In this document: piece by piece, positions 11,545 to 23,340 of the stretch
Layout of the letters: the number at the start of each line of letters is the position of its first letter
Numbering within the stretch: position 1 is the first letter of the stretch
Made by a program: the position numbers and the translations under genes
Notes under the pieces: model-generated
Told to the model about the DNA's origin: nothing
Databases searched by the model: none
The model's input: the letters and a program-made list of their open reading frames with translations, nothing else
Origin: Balamuthia mandrillaris
Lineage: Eukaryota
Reading direction: 5' to 3'
Length of the DNA: 64,000 nucleotides
NCBI GenBank assembly: GCA_031835245.2
Contig: JAVKOQ020000072.1
Location: 1-64,000 of the forward strand

Positions 11545-13885
11545 TCAATCAGAAAGCTCCAAGTCATCCTCAAAGTTAACCACGTTGGAGCCGCCCTCTC
11601 TCCTCAGCTTGGCCTTCCTCACGTACCATACCACAGCGACGCCCGCCGCGAACACCACCACCAGCAGCACCACCCCACCGACCACCCCGCCGAGCACCGG
11701 GGCCATCCAATCCTCGTCCCCTCCCTCCTCCGTCTTGGCCGCATCATCCAAGGCTCCTATATCATCGTTATCGCCACCATCGTCCGCATTACCGTCGCCA
11801 TCCTCGTTATAGCCGTCATCGCCATCAGTATAGCCGTAGCCATCTTCAACGCCGTCTTCTCCGTCGCCATCGCCACCGTCGGAGGGAGAGCCCGTTAGAA
11901 TGACGCTAAAGTCGGTGAAGTGGGGAGTCACGGCGGTTAAGAGCAGAGGCTCCACGCTGGCGATGGTTGTGTTCTCCAAGCAAATCCACTCCTTGAGCGT
12001 TACGTTCAGGTATGCTATACATACGTCCGTCTGTTTTGTTGGGGTTGTTTTGTGTTGGAGTCAGAATGGAACAAAGTTAAATAGAAGAAAGAAGAAAGAA
12101 GAAGGAAAAGCAAAGAAAGAAAACATGAATGAATGAAAGAAGAAGAAGAAGAAGAAGAAGAAGAAGAAGAAGAAGAAGAAGAAGAAGAAGAAGAAGAAGA
12201 AGAAGAAGAAGAAGAAGAAGAAGAAGAAGAAGAAGAACAAGAAGAAGAACAAGAAGAACAAGAACAACAAGAACAACAAGAAGAAGATGATGATGATGAT
12301 GATGATGAACAAGAAGAAGAAGAAGAAGAAGAAGAAGAAGAAGAAGAAGAAGAACAAGAACAAGAACAAGAACAAGAACAAGAACAAGAACAAGAACAAG
12401 AAGCAAAGAAAACAGAAAACAGAAAACGTACCACGTTAACCTCACGAACAGGTGCCAAAACAATCCTGACTGGCGAAAGGAATCCCTTCTCCCCCAACTC
12501 CTCCCCACTCGTTAAATCTCTAGCTCTCAGCGTGACAACAGGGGACACAATCTTCTCAGCAAAGCCCTCTTCATCTTCTCCCAACAGCTCTGCCAAAGCG
12601 GTGAACGAAGTCGGCTCAACAGTCAAACGGGTCCCTACGGCAAAAGTGTTTTCTGCAAACTCCACTCTGCCAATAAGCGAGCCGGTGTCGATGTTGGTAA
12701 GAGGCAATAACGTTTTGTAGGAGAGGTCGAGGGAGGAGAGATCGGTCTCCAAAGCAGTCACAATGGTTGAGCTCTCCTTTTCTTGTTCGCACAGCGAAGC
12801 ATCCGCGACGCATTGCCCATCGCTGCACAGAAAACCTGTATTCGTGCCGACTATCTCTTCTTTCCTCCTGGTTGTTTGGACGTCTGGAAGAAGACAGGTG
12901 GTTACGCAGCTGCGAGTGTAACACGAGTTTGGGTCGTAGGAGAAGGAGGTCCATATTCTTGTAGGGCACAACGCTGTGGCTAGTGCTCTTGTTGTACAAA
13001 CGCCGTTTGCTGAATGGCAGCTAATGTTTCGTTCCATTCCGAGTGTTCATTGGTAAGTAACAAAAAAGAAAGAAGAAAAGGAAGAGGAGCAAAGTACAGC
13101 AAAAGGCCGTCACAAGGAGCTTTTTCGCCAGAAACTATGCAGCCACCTACAAACTCTTCACTCTCGCAATAATTCGGATGTCGTTCTATAATGATGAATA
13201 GGAAGAGGTTAAAATATGTTTTCCAAACGCAAATAACTCAAACCCAAAAAAAATAACAAACAACAAAAAAACAAAAACAAAACGTACCAATTGTGCAATC
13301 GAAACCAGCATAGCCCTGATTACAAATGCACAAGGATTCTCCTGAACTATAATCCTTGTAAGCCAGCCATTAGTTCCGCACCTGGAGCATTGCTCCTCCC
13401 AAATGGGCTCCAACTGGGCGACCGTTTCGGCGTTTTTGTAAAGATCCCTCATTCGAGGGCACGTTGCCAAAGTGGAATAAACGGCGGTGCTCTCCTTGTA
13501 GAACGGTTCCAAGTCGGCCAGACAACCCATGCAAGTCGGGAATTGGGCTTCAACACAGCTACAAAAGCGAAGAAAACGAAGGAGAAAAACCATTTTTAAA
13601 ACATACCATACACATTCAGAAAAAGAACAAGACGGCAAGCAAAGATATAAAAACAGAAAAAAATAAAACACCATGTAACACAAGAGATAACAGAAAAGAA
13701 CATAAGAGAACGTACCCACAAAAAGGGACAGGACCCAACGCAAAAAATTCCTTGCACTTGTACAAACTAATCTCCACGTCACGCAAAATTGGCGTTTTGC
13801 AGACTCCAGTGGGGGAGGTACACTCTTGTGGTCGTACCATCTGTAACGCACACAACGAAACAAAGGTAAACAAAAGCAACTTCAT
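11545..13885 (-). CDS. Cys-rich single-pass membrane protein with juxtamembrane GPS/GAIN-like motif
   Basis: Signal peptide MKLLLFTFVSLCALQMVRP; Cys-rich ectodomain; CIAYLNVTLKEWICL...TPHFTDFSVILTG; acidic D/G linker; TM VLGGVVGGVVLLVVVFAAGVAVVWYV followed by RK. Confidence 0.75.
12138..12402. repeat. Intronic (GAA)n/(GAACAA)n microsatellite
   Basis: Directly visible. Confidence 0.95.
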
Positions 13886-14161
13886 GGTTGGGAAGTCTTG
13901 CTGCTCTGTGCTTTACGTGTGGAAGCAACAAGTGCGGCTTAGGTTTGACTTGTTTTCACTGCAAAAGCACCGGACCCTATAATTATTTAATTATCAATCT
14001 CTCCACACCTTGGAGCTTTTGAGGCAAACAGGATCGTGGTACGCCTTGCACAACTTGGTAAGCTGTGGAAGTTGGTTGGAGAGCTGTTCTGTTTCCTTGA
14101 ACACGATTGGTCTCTCTGGAACAATAGCAGATTCACGAACAAGAGCAGCAGTGGCAGAGGC

Positions 14162-14709
14162 TTAAGGACCAACGTGAGGACAGTCTTCTTTATCAATCTC
14201 CTTCCATTCCTTGGCCGCTTTTTCCAACATATCTAATGCTGATCCTGGCGTGTACTTGTAGTTACAGCGTATTGCACCTCGTGTATGCCAACGCACACAC
14301 CCAGTGGTGCAGTCCCGGACCGTGTTAGATCTAGAGAGGGAGAGAGACTGGCAAAACTGTGGTTAGGTGTTGTTTTTGCTGTTGGAAAAGAAAAGAATTT
14401 CGCACACCTTGAGCATTTTCTCTGGCCCATGTACAGAATACTGCCACTGTAGTTCTTCAGCAACTCGTATGTTGAAAGCATTCCAAAGTTTTTGTCAAAG
14501 AATCCGAGAGATTGAGCACAGCAGCCAAAACTGTAATGGCAAGTGGCTCGGTTAGCCCGCAGCTTCATCCAAAACAGCTCGTGCATGTTGAGCGTGGACA
14601 TGTTTTGTGATGGACTCCGCCCCCACCTTGCTTGCTTGACACCAAGGTGGGCAAAGAAGAGGCATCCACGAACCAAGATGGGAGAGAAGGTGCTTGACGC
14701 AACGAGCAT
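14162..14709 (-). CDS. Possible orphan two-exon gene or decayed gene
   Basis: An open frame continues across a candidate 77-bp GT-AG intron (14331-14407) with a CT-rich tract; no recognisable motif. Confidence 0.3.
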
Positions 14710-15031
14710 CGACGAGCTTTCCCAACTTGCAGGGCATCTCTCTAATATTTTCAAATTTCTATTACATGACGATATTCCTTGTCCATTTCCCTTTTTTTTT
14801 TCACATTCTCTATCCTTTTTTTTCCTTTTCCCTGTTTTGCTTCTTCGTTCTTTTTGCTGTTCATTCGTTTTTGCTTTGCTCCCGATAGTTACGATGCTAT
14901 TTATCTGCTCTTTTATTAAAAGAGATAGAAACCAAATTTGTATAGAAATTAATGAATGATCCCCTGGTAACGCATTTTATTGCTTTCCGCGCGGAGAAAA
15001 AAGAACAAGAAAATCAGAGCGCAAAACGGAA

Positions 15032-16498
15032 ATGAACGGACGTGAGACAGGCGGCTGGGTTGCCGCCCAGAAGACGGGCAGCAAAAAGGAGGCCATTGCG
15101 GAACGAAGGCACATGCGAAACAGCTTGGGTAGATGCAGGGGTCTTACAGTCGAGCAGCACAGCTCTGCCAGTTCAGCGGATGAAACCGGGTCAAGTTCTT
15201 CCTCGGGTGAAGGCGGCGAGAAACGAGGCATGCGCAGACAACACCGAGAAAACGAGCAAGTGATACAAGTGCACAACCGAGAAGAATTTGAAGAAGAAGA
15301 GGACGTTATTTCAGGCAGCTCTGAAGATGAAAAACCGGCAAAACAAACTAAAGTCGGAGGAGAAGAGGACGAAGAAGCACAACAAAAACACATTGCAAGA
15401 AGAACCAGAGGAAGTAGCGTTGTGCGAAGAGACACCCTTGTCCTCCTGAAAGACGGCCAAGACGTCGAATTCTGTCGAACCACAAAAACTTTCTGGAACC
15501 AACAACGCCTCACCCTGGAATGTTGGTTCCGTCGTCAACCCTATCACCCCGGCAACCTCCTTCAGCTCGTCGTCGAAGTGGACAACCAACACAACAAACG
15601 AGAGGTCCATTCGCTGACGGCTCACATCGAGGCGAGGAAAGCGGGAGAGAGCAAATATTGGCAGGTGGAAAACAGCAGGAAGGAGTATCACGCAACGGAG
15701 CAACAAAGCGGAAAGTTTCCCGTGTTGGGCGGCCAAAAGTACGAAGGAAAGCTGGTGTTTGTTGTCCCGGAGAAAGAAAGCTTGTCGAGAAGCGTTGTTC
15801 ACTCGGAGAGAGAGAAAGAAATGCAAAACTGGGAGGTAAAAATCCAACAAGCTCTATCCGGCTCTTCGGGCGGAACCAAAACGAGAAGACCCAAACAAGC
15901 TTCAAACAATGGTTCTTCTTCTGCGTCGTCAACTCCTTCCTCTTCTTCGGAAAAGAAAGAAAACAAAAAAATGGGGGATTGGGAAGCAATGCTGAAGGGC
16001 AGCTTTGCTCCTCCATTCCTGGACAACGTGAAGGAGGAAAAGCAGACAGAGGAGAAAGGAAGGGTTAAAGATAGCTCTTCCTCAGCTTCGGCAACGTCTT
16101 CCTCTTCTTCAGACAAGAAAGAAAAAAGAAAAATGGAGAATTGGGAAGCAATGCTGAAGGGCAGCTTTGCTCCTCCGTTCATGGATACAGTGAAGGAGGA
16201 AAAGCAGAGAGAGGAGAAAGGAAGGGTTAAAGATAGCTCTTCTTCTGCGTCGTCAACGCCTGCCTCTTCTTCGGACAAGAAAGAAAACAAAAAATTGGAG
16301 GATTGGGAAGCAATGCTGAAGGACAGCTTTTCTCCTCCATTCCTGGACAAAGTGAAGGAGGAGAAGCAGAGAGAGGAGAAAGGAAGGGTGTGGGCGCTCG
16401 TTGTGACGATCGCCTTCAAGAAAAAGTTTGGAGCTTCCACCGTGAGAGCGATGTTGCCTCTTGACATTGTTGTTCCTGACGAAGAAAACGTGAGCTGA
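15032..16498 (+). CDS. Intronless protein with an arrestin C-terminal-like domain interrupted by three 54-aa repeats
   Basis: 488-aa ORF; TKTFWNQQRLTLECWFRRQPYHPGNLLQLVVEVDNQHNKREV and terminal VRAMLPLDIV resemble the arrestin_C pattern. Confidence 0.7.
   Translation: MNGRETGGWVAAQKTGSKKEAIAERRHMRNSLGRCRGLTVEQHSSASSADETGSSSSSGEGGEKRGMRRQHRENEQVIQVHNREEFEEEEDVISGSSEDEKPAKQTKVGGEEDEEAQQKHIARRTRGSSVVRRDTLVLLKDGQDVEFCRTTKTFWNQQRLTLECWFRRQPYHPGNLLQLVVEVDNQHNKREVHSLTAHIEARKAGESKYWQVENSRKEYHATEQQSGKFPVLGGQKYEGKLVFVVPEKESLSRSVVHSEREKEMQNWEVKIQQALSGSSGGTKTRRPKQASNNGSSSASSTPSSSSEKKENKKMGDWEAMLKGSFAPPFLDNVKEEKQTEEKGRVKDSSSSASATSSSSSDKKEKRKMENWEAMLKGSFAPPFMDTVKEEKQREEKGRVKDSSSSASSTPASSSDKKENKKLEDWEAMLKDSFSPPFLDKVKEEKQREEKGRVWALVVTIAFKKKFGASTVRAMLPLDIVVPDEENVS
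15911..16390 (+). repeat. 162-bp coding tandem repeat x3
   Basis: The (M/L)xxWEAMLK unit starts at 15971, 16133 and 16295, an exact 162-bp period. Confidence 0.95.
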
Positions 16499-16606
16499 AA
16501 AAAAGAAGAGCTTTATCCTTTTTTTTCTCCTGTTTTCACAAAAACTTTCTTACACAGAATATATTTGTTATACTCCCTCTATCCACAACTTTACTAGCAT
16601 CGCATT

Positions 16607-19415
16607 TTAAATACGATGACTAACATGTCCCAACAACAGAAAAGAGCTGACCCGCAGCAAGACAGCTATCCCCGCCAGAACGGCAACCGACTCCCAAACC
16701 CCCAAACTGAAATCGAACAGCTCTACGACATCGTCTATGTTGCCGAGGCAGCCGCTCACCTCGCATTCGAAGCTGTCTACCGGCAAGTCGGTCACGTTCA
16801 CCGATTGGCCGTTGATCAGGACGGACTCGGTGGTCAGCTCGCAGGTCTGGGTGTTGCAGGGGATCGTCTGGTCCAAGAATTGTTGTTGCACCACCGCATC
16901 AAAGGCGTATTTGTACATTGATGTCCAGTATAGCCATATGAACCAGTCTGATAGTTATGTAGAAGACAACAAGAGAACGGTCATAAGACAAAGAGTGAGG
17001 AGAGAGCGTCAAGGAGAAGGATAAAGTACCAGGAATATTTGCAGGAAGGATGAAAAAGCCAGAATAGGTGGTCCATAGGATCATAGGAATGGTGAGAACG
17101 ATGTTGCCAACCTCGGCACTGGGGCTGACAGCGGCTGCGCTAAGGCCGAGCTGATAGTTGGCATCGATCAACAACCACGTCACCAAAAAGAATACGAAGA
17201 AGGATTCAACGCTGTTGTGGAACCCCACTGTCCAATACATGGTGGTGGTGTAGAGAATGACGGAGACAAGATAAATGGGAAAGTTGATGATAGTTAACAC
17301 CATGTAGTACATCCAACTGCTGTACATTTTTTTCTCATGCTCTCTTTTGAGCAAAGGTCTGATCGGAGGTACTGAGAGAAGAAAGGAGAGCGAGAGAGAG
17401 AGAGCGAGCGAGCGCAAGAGAAAGAAAGGAGAGTAAGTTTTTTAATCCAAGAAGAAGGATAACGATAATGAGAAGAGGAAAAGACAGAAGATGTACCTGA
17501 AGATACGGTGGCTAAAGCGGGAGGAAAGCCGGCAGTCATTTGAACAAAATAGATAAGACCAAACCAATCCCTCATGCTTTCTTGGTCTACAGGCAGTTGA
17601 TACCACACGAAGCCAGTCACGAAACCAAATACAAGGAACTGCAGGATTGTGGTCCAGAACAAGAGCGGATCTCGCCATGTTTCTCTTGCAGTGCGTAACG
17701 ACAATACCCAAAACTGTTAAGGGTTTCGTTTAGTGGAAGCAAAACATCAACGATTGAAAGGTGGCGAACCTCTGTCCATTTGTGAGTAAGATACTTCTTG
17801 AAGGGATGAGAAGGAGTAGAATCCAACGAGCTGCTAGTTTCATCTTCATCGTCATCGTCTTCCTGAATATCAATAGTCGAGGACACAGGAGAACCGTCCG
17901 TCAAGAAGTACTTCTTCCTGTTGTTGGATCTAGGCCACTCCTCCTGAAGCATGCGAACTGTCTCTACGCTAGTAATGCTCTCTGCATCGTTCTTGTCAAC
18001 GCGAATCAGGTCCACTATCAGATAGATTCAACACATTAGTACGTCATATTGAAGGAGAGAGAAGAGAGAAGCGAGGGGGAGAGAGAAACGAAAAAAAAAA
18101 CGACAAAAAGGGTTATGCGTAAATATTGTGCAAATAGGCGATAAGAGGTGCGTAGTATAAAACGTAACTACGACCTCGATATGGATTCACCAAGCATTGC
18201 TGCTGCTTAAGAGCAGCATTGTTCTCCCATACCTCCGACCATAAGTTTCAGTTAAAGTCGTGAAAACCACGTTTTAAAACTTACGTAAAATAGATATGGC
18301 CAACGCAGAAAACGACAAAAGAAAAGCAAGGAAACATAACTAGCAAAGAAAGAAGAATTGAAATAAACGTACGAAAGTAATCAGCAGGATTCTGGAAACG
18401 AGGGCATTTAAAGTTCAACGCAGAAAAGTATGCAATGGACTCGGCGACGCTTCCGAAATAAACCACTTTGCCCTCCGACATCAGCAAAAGCTTGTCAAAC
18501 TTACTGAAGATCTCGTAACGCGGTTGATGGATTGTACAGACAATGGTTCGGCCTCTCTCGGCCAATCGACGTAATGTGTTAACGAGCGACAACGACACAG
18601 CGCTGTCTAGCCCAGTTGTTGGTTCATCCAAAAAGAGCAGCTCTTGAAAAAGCAAGTGTTTATCAGAAACCCAAAGAAGGATATCCAGAGAGGAAGTAAG
18701 GGGAAAGAGAAGAAGCAAGGGGAGAGGAAAACAAGAAGAGAAAAGAAGAGAAAGGTTACTTGGGTTGGTAATAAGTTCTGCCCCAATGGCTGTTCGTTTG
18801 GCTTCGCCTCCAGATATTCCTCGTTTCAGTTCGTTACCAATTCTCGTATCAGCACACGAACCCAGGCCCATCTCTTCAATGACGACCTCCACCAGCTCTT
18901 TCTTCTGTGCCACTGTCAGTCCCATTCCTTTGAGCTGAAGCATGGCTGCATAGAAGAGGGTTTCTCTGACAGTCGTTGTGGCAAAGAAGAGATCTTTCTG
19001 CTGAACGTATGCGAATTCTTTTCTGCGCAACCCGCGTCTCTCGTTCTACAAGGAAAAAAATGGGAGGTAATAGTTTTAAACACCTTTGAAGCGAAGAGAG
19101 AATAGAGAGAGAGAGAGAGAGAGAGAGAAGAAGTTATTTCACTTACGTTAACAAAAATGTCACCGGTGAGAGTGCCTCCTTTGATCCGCTTTGCAAGGAT
19201 ATCCAACATGGTTGTCTTACCAGCACCTTTTTTTTTGTTAAGCAAACCGTGAGAAGACAACAGCTCATTAGAACGACCCAAGAAAAGAAGGAGACGCAAT
19301 ACATACCAGAAGGACCCATGATGGCGAGCAACTCTCCAGCCTGAACCGCTCCTTCGACGTCGAACAGGATTTGTTTCCTTTTGCTTTGTTTCTGCAGCAA
19401 CAAATGAGTTCGGAG

Positions 19416-19471
<56 letters not shown>

Positions 19472-20079
19472 GACGAAAGAAGGCAAGGCGCTGAAAAGCA
19501 GAGAGCAGAAGAGAGAAGCAAAGAAGCAGAGCGAGAGAGCAATAGCAAGAGAGCCATAGTGAGAGAGAGAGAGAGAGAGAGCAGGGAGTTACGTTGTCTT
19601 TGCCAAACTTCCACCACTTGCGCTTCACGTCGACAAAGTAGTTGAATTTTTCCCACCGAAGGCTGATAGGGTCGCTGACCTGCGTGAACAGTTTTGCCGT
19701 CGAAAGAACGTTTTCACTGTCCTGTTGCACTTTGGTTTTGAGTGTGTTAATTGTTTTTTTTTAAAAAAAAAAAAGAGTCAGAAAATAACTGTTGCTCAAA
19801 AGAGTTACCTTCACGTTCTTCTTCGCTCTCTTCGTCATGCTCTTCACCTAGGTCTTCCTCTTCTGCCTCTTCATCACTTGAGTAGTAGTCTTGTGAAGAT
19901 GACTCTGCTATTCTTTCTTGCTCCGGAGATTTGTCCTCACCGTGCTCACTGCTGGCACCCTCCTCCGAAGAAGAAGAAGAAGAGGAGGAGGAGAAGGACA
20001 ACACAGCTTTGTCAGGGGGACTGTGGTTGCTCTCGTCGGATAGTTGCGAGTCGGACGTTCCTAGGATAGGTTCCGTCAT
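16607..20079 (-). CDS. ABCG (White-type) half transporter, NBD-TMD, multi-exon
   Basis: AIMGPSGAGKTT Walker A, RGISGGEAKR signature, LFLDEPTTGLDS, TIHQP, CPRFQNPADY, then membrane helices. Start inferred at MTEPILG (20079). Confidence 0.93.
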
Positions 20080-20410
20080 TGTGGCGGTTGTCCTGTTATC
20101 CACCGAAGTGCAGTGTAGTGGTGGTGGTTGCTGGTGTTGCGGGTACACCAAAACAAAGGAGAAGTGGAGGAAGAAGGGCCTTTCATTTGCTGCGCTTCCT
20201 TGTATGTCGCTTTTTTCTAGAAAAAAATTTTTTTTGGTTGATCTAACGGAGAATATTTGTTAATGGATAAAACACGCCATTGGTGGAATAACCTCCAAAA
20301 TGGCAAATTTTTGGCCAATGGGGACTGGTTACGCTTCATTTATTAGAGGGTGCTGACGTCAATTCAACAGAGTTGCGAGGATAGGAGACAGGACAGGAGA
20401 CAGAGCAGAG

Positions 20411-20790
20411 AGAAGAAGAAGAAGAAGAAGAAGAAGAAGAAGAAGAAGAAGAAGAAGAAGAAGAAGAAGAACAAGAAGAAGAAGAAGAAGAAGAAGAAGA
20501 AGAAGAAGAAGAAGAACAAGAACAAGAACAAGAACAAGAACAAGAACAAGAAGAAGAACAAGAAGAAGAACAAGAACAAGAACAAGAACAAGAACAAGAA
20601 CAAGAACAAGAACAAGAACAAGAACAAGAACAAGAACAAGAACAAGAAGAAGAACAAGAACAAGAAGAAGAACAAGAACAAGAACAAGAACAAGAAGAAG
20701 AACAAGAACAAGAACAAGAACAAGAACAAGAACAAGAACAAGAACAAGAAGAACAAGAACTAGAAGAAGAACAAGAACTAGAACTAGAAC
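20411..20790. repeat. (GAA)n/(GAACAA)n microsatellite between the ABCG and CASTOR-like genes
   Basis: Directly visible. Confidence 0.95.
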
Positions 20791-20899
20791 AACAAAACGG
20801 TTGGAGGATTGAGTTGGGCGAAGAGAGAAGGAATGGTGGCTCAATCCTCCAGGATGTCTCTTTTTTGCAATTAAAATTTTTTTGCTGTGCATCGTTCAT

Positions 20900-21391
20900 T
20901 CATGAAAGATTAGATACAATAAACTTGTCTTTCTCCTGCTGAAGCGCTGAAACAGCTTTTGAGAAGTTGGGTTCGTCCACCTGTTTATAGCAAAACAGTT
21001 TGATTCTAAGGAGGAGCATAGAGCAGAGAGCAGAGGAGATGGCGAAAGAAAAGAAAAAGCAGAGAGCAAACGACGAAAGATAGATAGATCATACCAGTAC
21101 ATGATCCGTAAGAAAAGTGCTAATGTAGAAGAGGCTGACATTCGCCCGAGAGATGGGAGCAACCAAAGAAGCAACAATTCCTGTTTCTGTGAAGCCCAGA
21201 GGACCGTCTGCCACTTTGATCAACCTCCAGCAGTCATCGCCTGGTGTCGTCAGAGAATTGGGTGAAAAATTCTGATAAACTGAATCCTCTAAAATCAGAG
21301 AATATTCGTCTTCTATTGCTGTATAAGAGAAGAATGTTTTTCCTCTGTAGTCCAATAGAAGGCAACAGATATGAGAACAAAACAACTGAGG

Positions 21392-21435
<44 letters not shown>

Positions 21436-21745
21436 GGGAGAAGAGAGAACGAACGAGCAGGGCCAAAAGAGTTCTTTCAATAATAAATGGCCAATAGAAT
21501 CCTTTGCTTCTTCCACTGGTGTGCACAAGTGTAACCGTTCGTTGGGGAGCGCCAAACGTTTTGGGGGTTTAGACTTGCATGGTGCCTCACCAGATGAGCG
21601 ACCCCGTGCTCTCCTTGAACGAAGGACAGACAATTCAAGCTGGTCCAACCCCTCCGTCATGATTGTAAAAGTCTCCTTCAAACTGTCGATGGCTTCGTGT
21701 ATCCGTTCTTCTGGAACCTTTTTGCGTTGAGATTATAACGGCTGT

Positions 21746-21794
<49 letters not shown>

Positions 21795-23143
21795 AAACCA
21801 AAGTCCAATCGGTCTCATAGGTACTTAGATAAAAAATGGAAATGCCTTTGTTGGCCAATGCCAAGGCTAATGACTCCACTACGCCCGTTGCAGCTAGAAA
21901 ATAGAAAACGCAATGCGAAAATGGTATGAAGAAAATGAGAAGGAGGGAAGAAGATAGCAATAAAAATGAAACGGTAATGCAAACGAGAAACACGAGTAGA
22001 AAGACGAAGAATAAAGCACAAAAAAAGGAGGAAAAAGTATACCACATGAATCAAGGGAACCTTCAGACAGCTGAAGTGCTCTCCAATACTGATAACGCGG
22101 GGAAGAAGGAGACCTCCGGTGATGAGGACTGTCCACGTCCGTCCCGCCCACACTCCCTTCCGCTCGCGCCGACAGCGATTCGACTTCCCCTTCAGCGGAG
22201 CCCTCTCGGCCCACTGCTGCCAAAGAAAGCTGTTGCATCACACTTTGACCTTCTGAGTAAGAAGAAGCAGAGGAGGAAGCCGAGGAGGATCGCGACCGCA
22301 TAAACCGTCGTCTCTCGTCGGGGCTGGGCAGAGGCCATCCCTCTGGTCTGGAATAAGGAGAAGAAGCGGAAGAGGAGGAGGTGAGAGAGAGTTCCTCCTC
22401 AGAGGCAGCACCTCCTAACGCCCAATCCGGCTCTTCCTCTTGCTCGCCACCTAAAAACCACTTTGGCTCTTCCTCTTGTTGTTGTCTCTCTTCTTCCTCC
22501 GAGGAGGAGTGCTCTTCCAAAGCAGCGCTGACCTTTTCTGCAGAGGAAGACGCAGAGGAGGCACCACCGCCAGCAGTGGTTGCCGTTGTTTCTTCTCTTG
22601 TTTTTGTTGTGGATGTCGTCGCTTCTTCGACGTATTTGTTCAGTTGATCGAGAGGGGTGAGCCTGAGGTGCTCGTCGCAATCGGAGGCTGGGAGAGACAT
22701 GTTTGAAGGGAGTGTGGAAGGTGAGGAGGTGGTAGGGCTGGAAGAAGAGGGAGGCAGCTCCACGACTTCCAGTGCGCCTTCAGGAAAGAGGGCTAGTGTC
22801 TCTTCGTCCATGATGAAAGATCTGAAGGCAAGGCGTAACACCAATTTTCAGTGTCTAACTTTTTTTTTCAGGCCGGACATACGTACATTTCATCCGTCGT
22901 TCGTGTCAACGAAAAGAAACGCTCAGGTCTTTTGTTTGTTTCGTTTGCGAACAAAAATAAAATAACAGTGATAAGTTCCTCATCTCAAAGATGTGATCTA
23001 CAAAATAAAAAAAAAATAAGGACAAACTTTGTCTGGAGAAAGATTTCCAAAAAGGCATAAGCACAGTCAGGCAGCGGCATTTTCATCCTAGCTACCAACA
23101 GCCTGGCTGGCCACATGGTAAGATGCATACGAACTCCCTCCAT
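20900..23143 (-). CDS. CASTOR: CASTOR/GATS-like four-ACT-domain protein
   Basis: Exons read MHLTMWPARLLVA, RFFSLTRTTDE, YWRALQL...TGVVESLALALANKGISIFYLSTYETDWTLV, FFSYTAIEDEYSLILE, WRLIKVADGPLGFTETGIVASLVAPISRANVSLFYISTFLTDHVLV. These parallel the CASTOR ACT repeats. Confidence 0.88.
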
Positions 23144-23325
23144 GTTTAACAAAGGCACCAAAGGGCTGTCTCGTCTTTCTTTCTTTTTTTCTCTTTTTTT
23201 GATTCGTGATAAGAAGATTCTAGATCTTTTTTATGATTTACGGTTGGTCGATCAAAACTATGAAAACATTTCAGGACGACCCGGGTTGACCTTCGCCATA
23301 CCGAATTAATGAAGATCATTATGCA

Positions 23326-23340
23326 GTTGCCAAGGACAAC
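23326..23340. promoter_or_regulatory. X-box-like palindrome GTTGCC-AAG-GACAAC
   Basis: Fits a relaxed RFX X-box (GTHNYY-N3-RRNAAC), extends to CAGTTG...CAACTG, and lies in the divergent intergenic region upstream of the RFX gene. Confidence 0.4.

Noticed and set aside
23285..23340. GTTGACCTT...AAGGACAAC stem resembling dictyostelid Class I RNA
   Set aside because: The conserved 11-nt motif is not matched, and the 3' arm is equally explained by the X-box-like palindrome.
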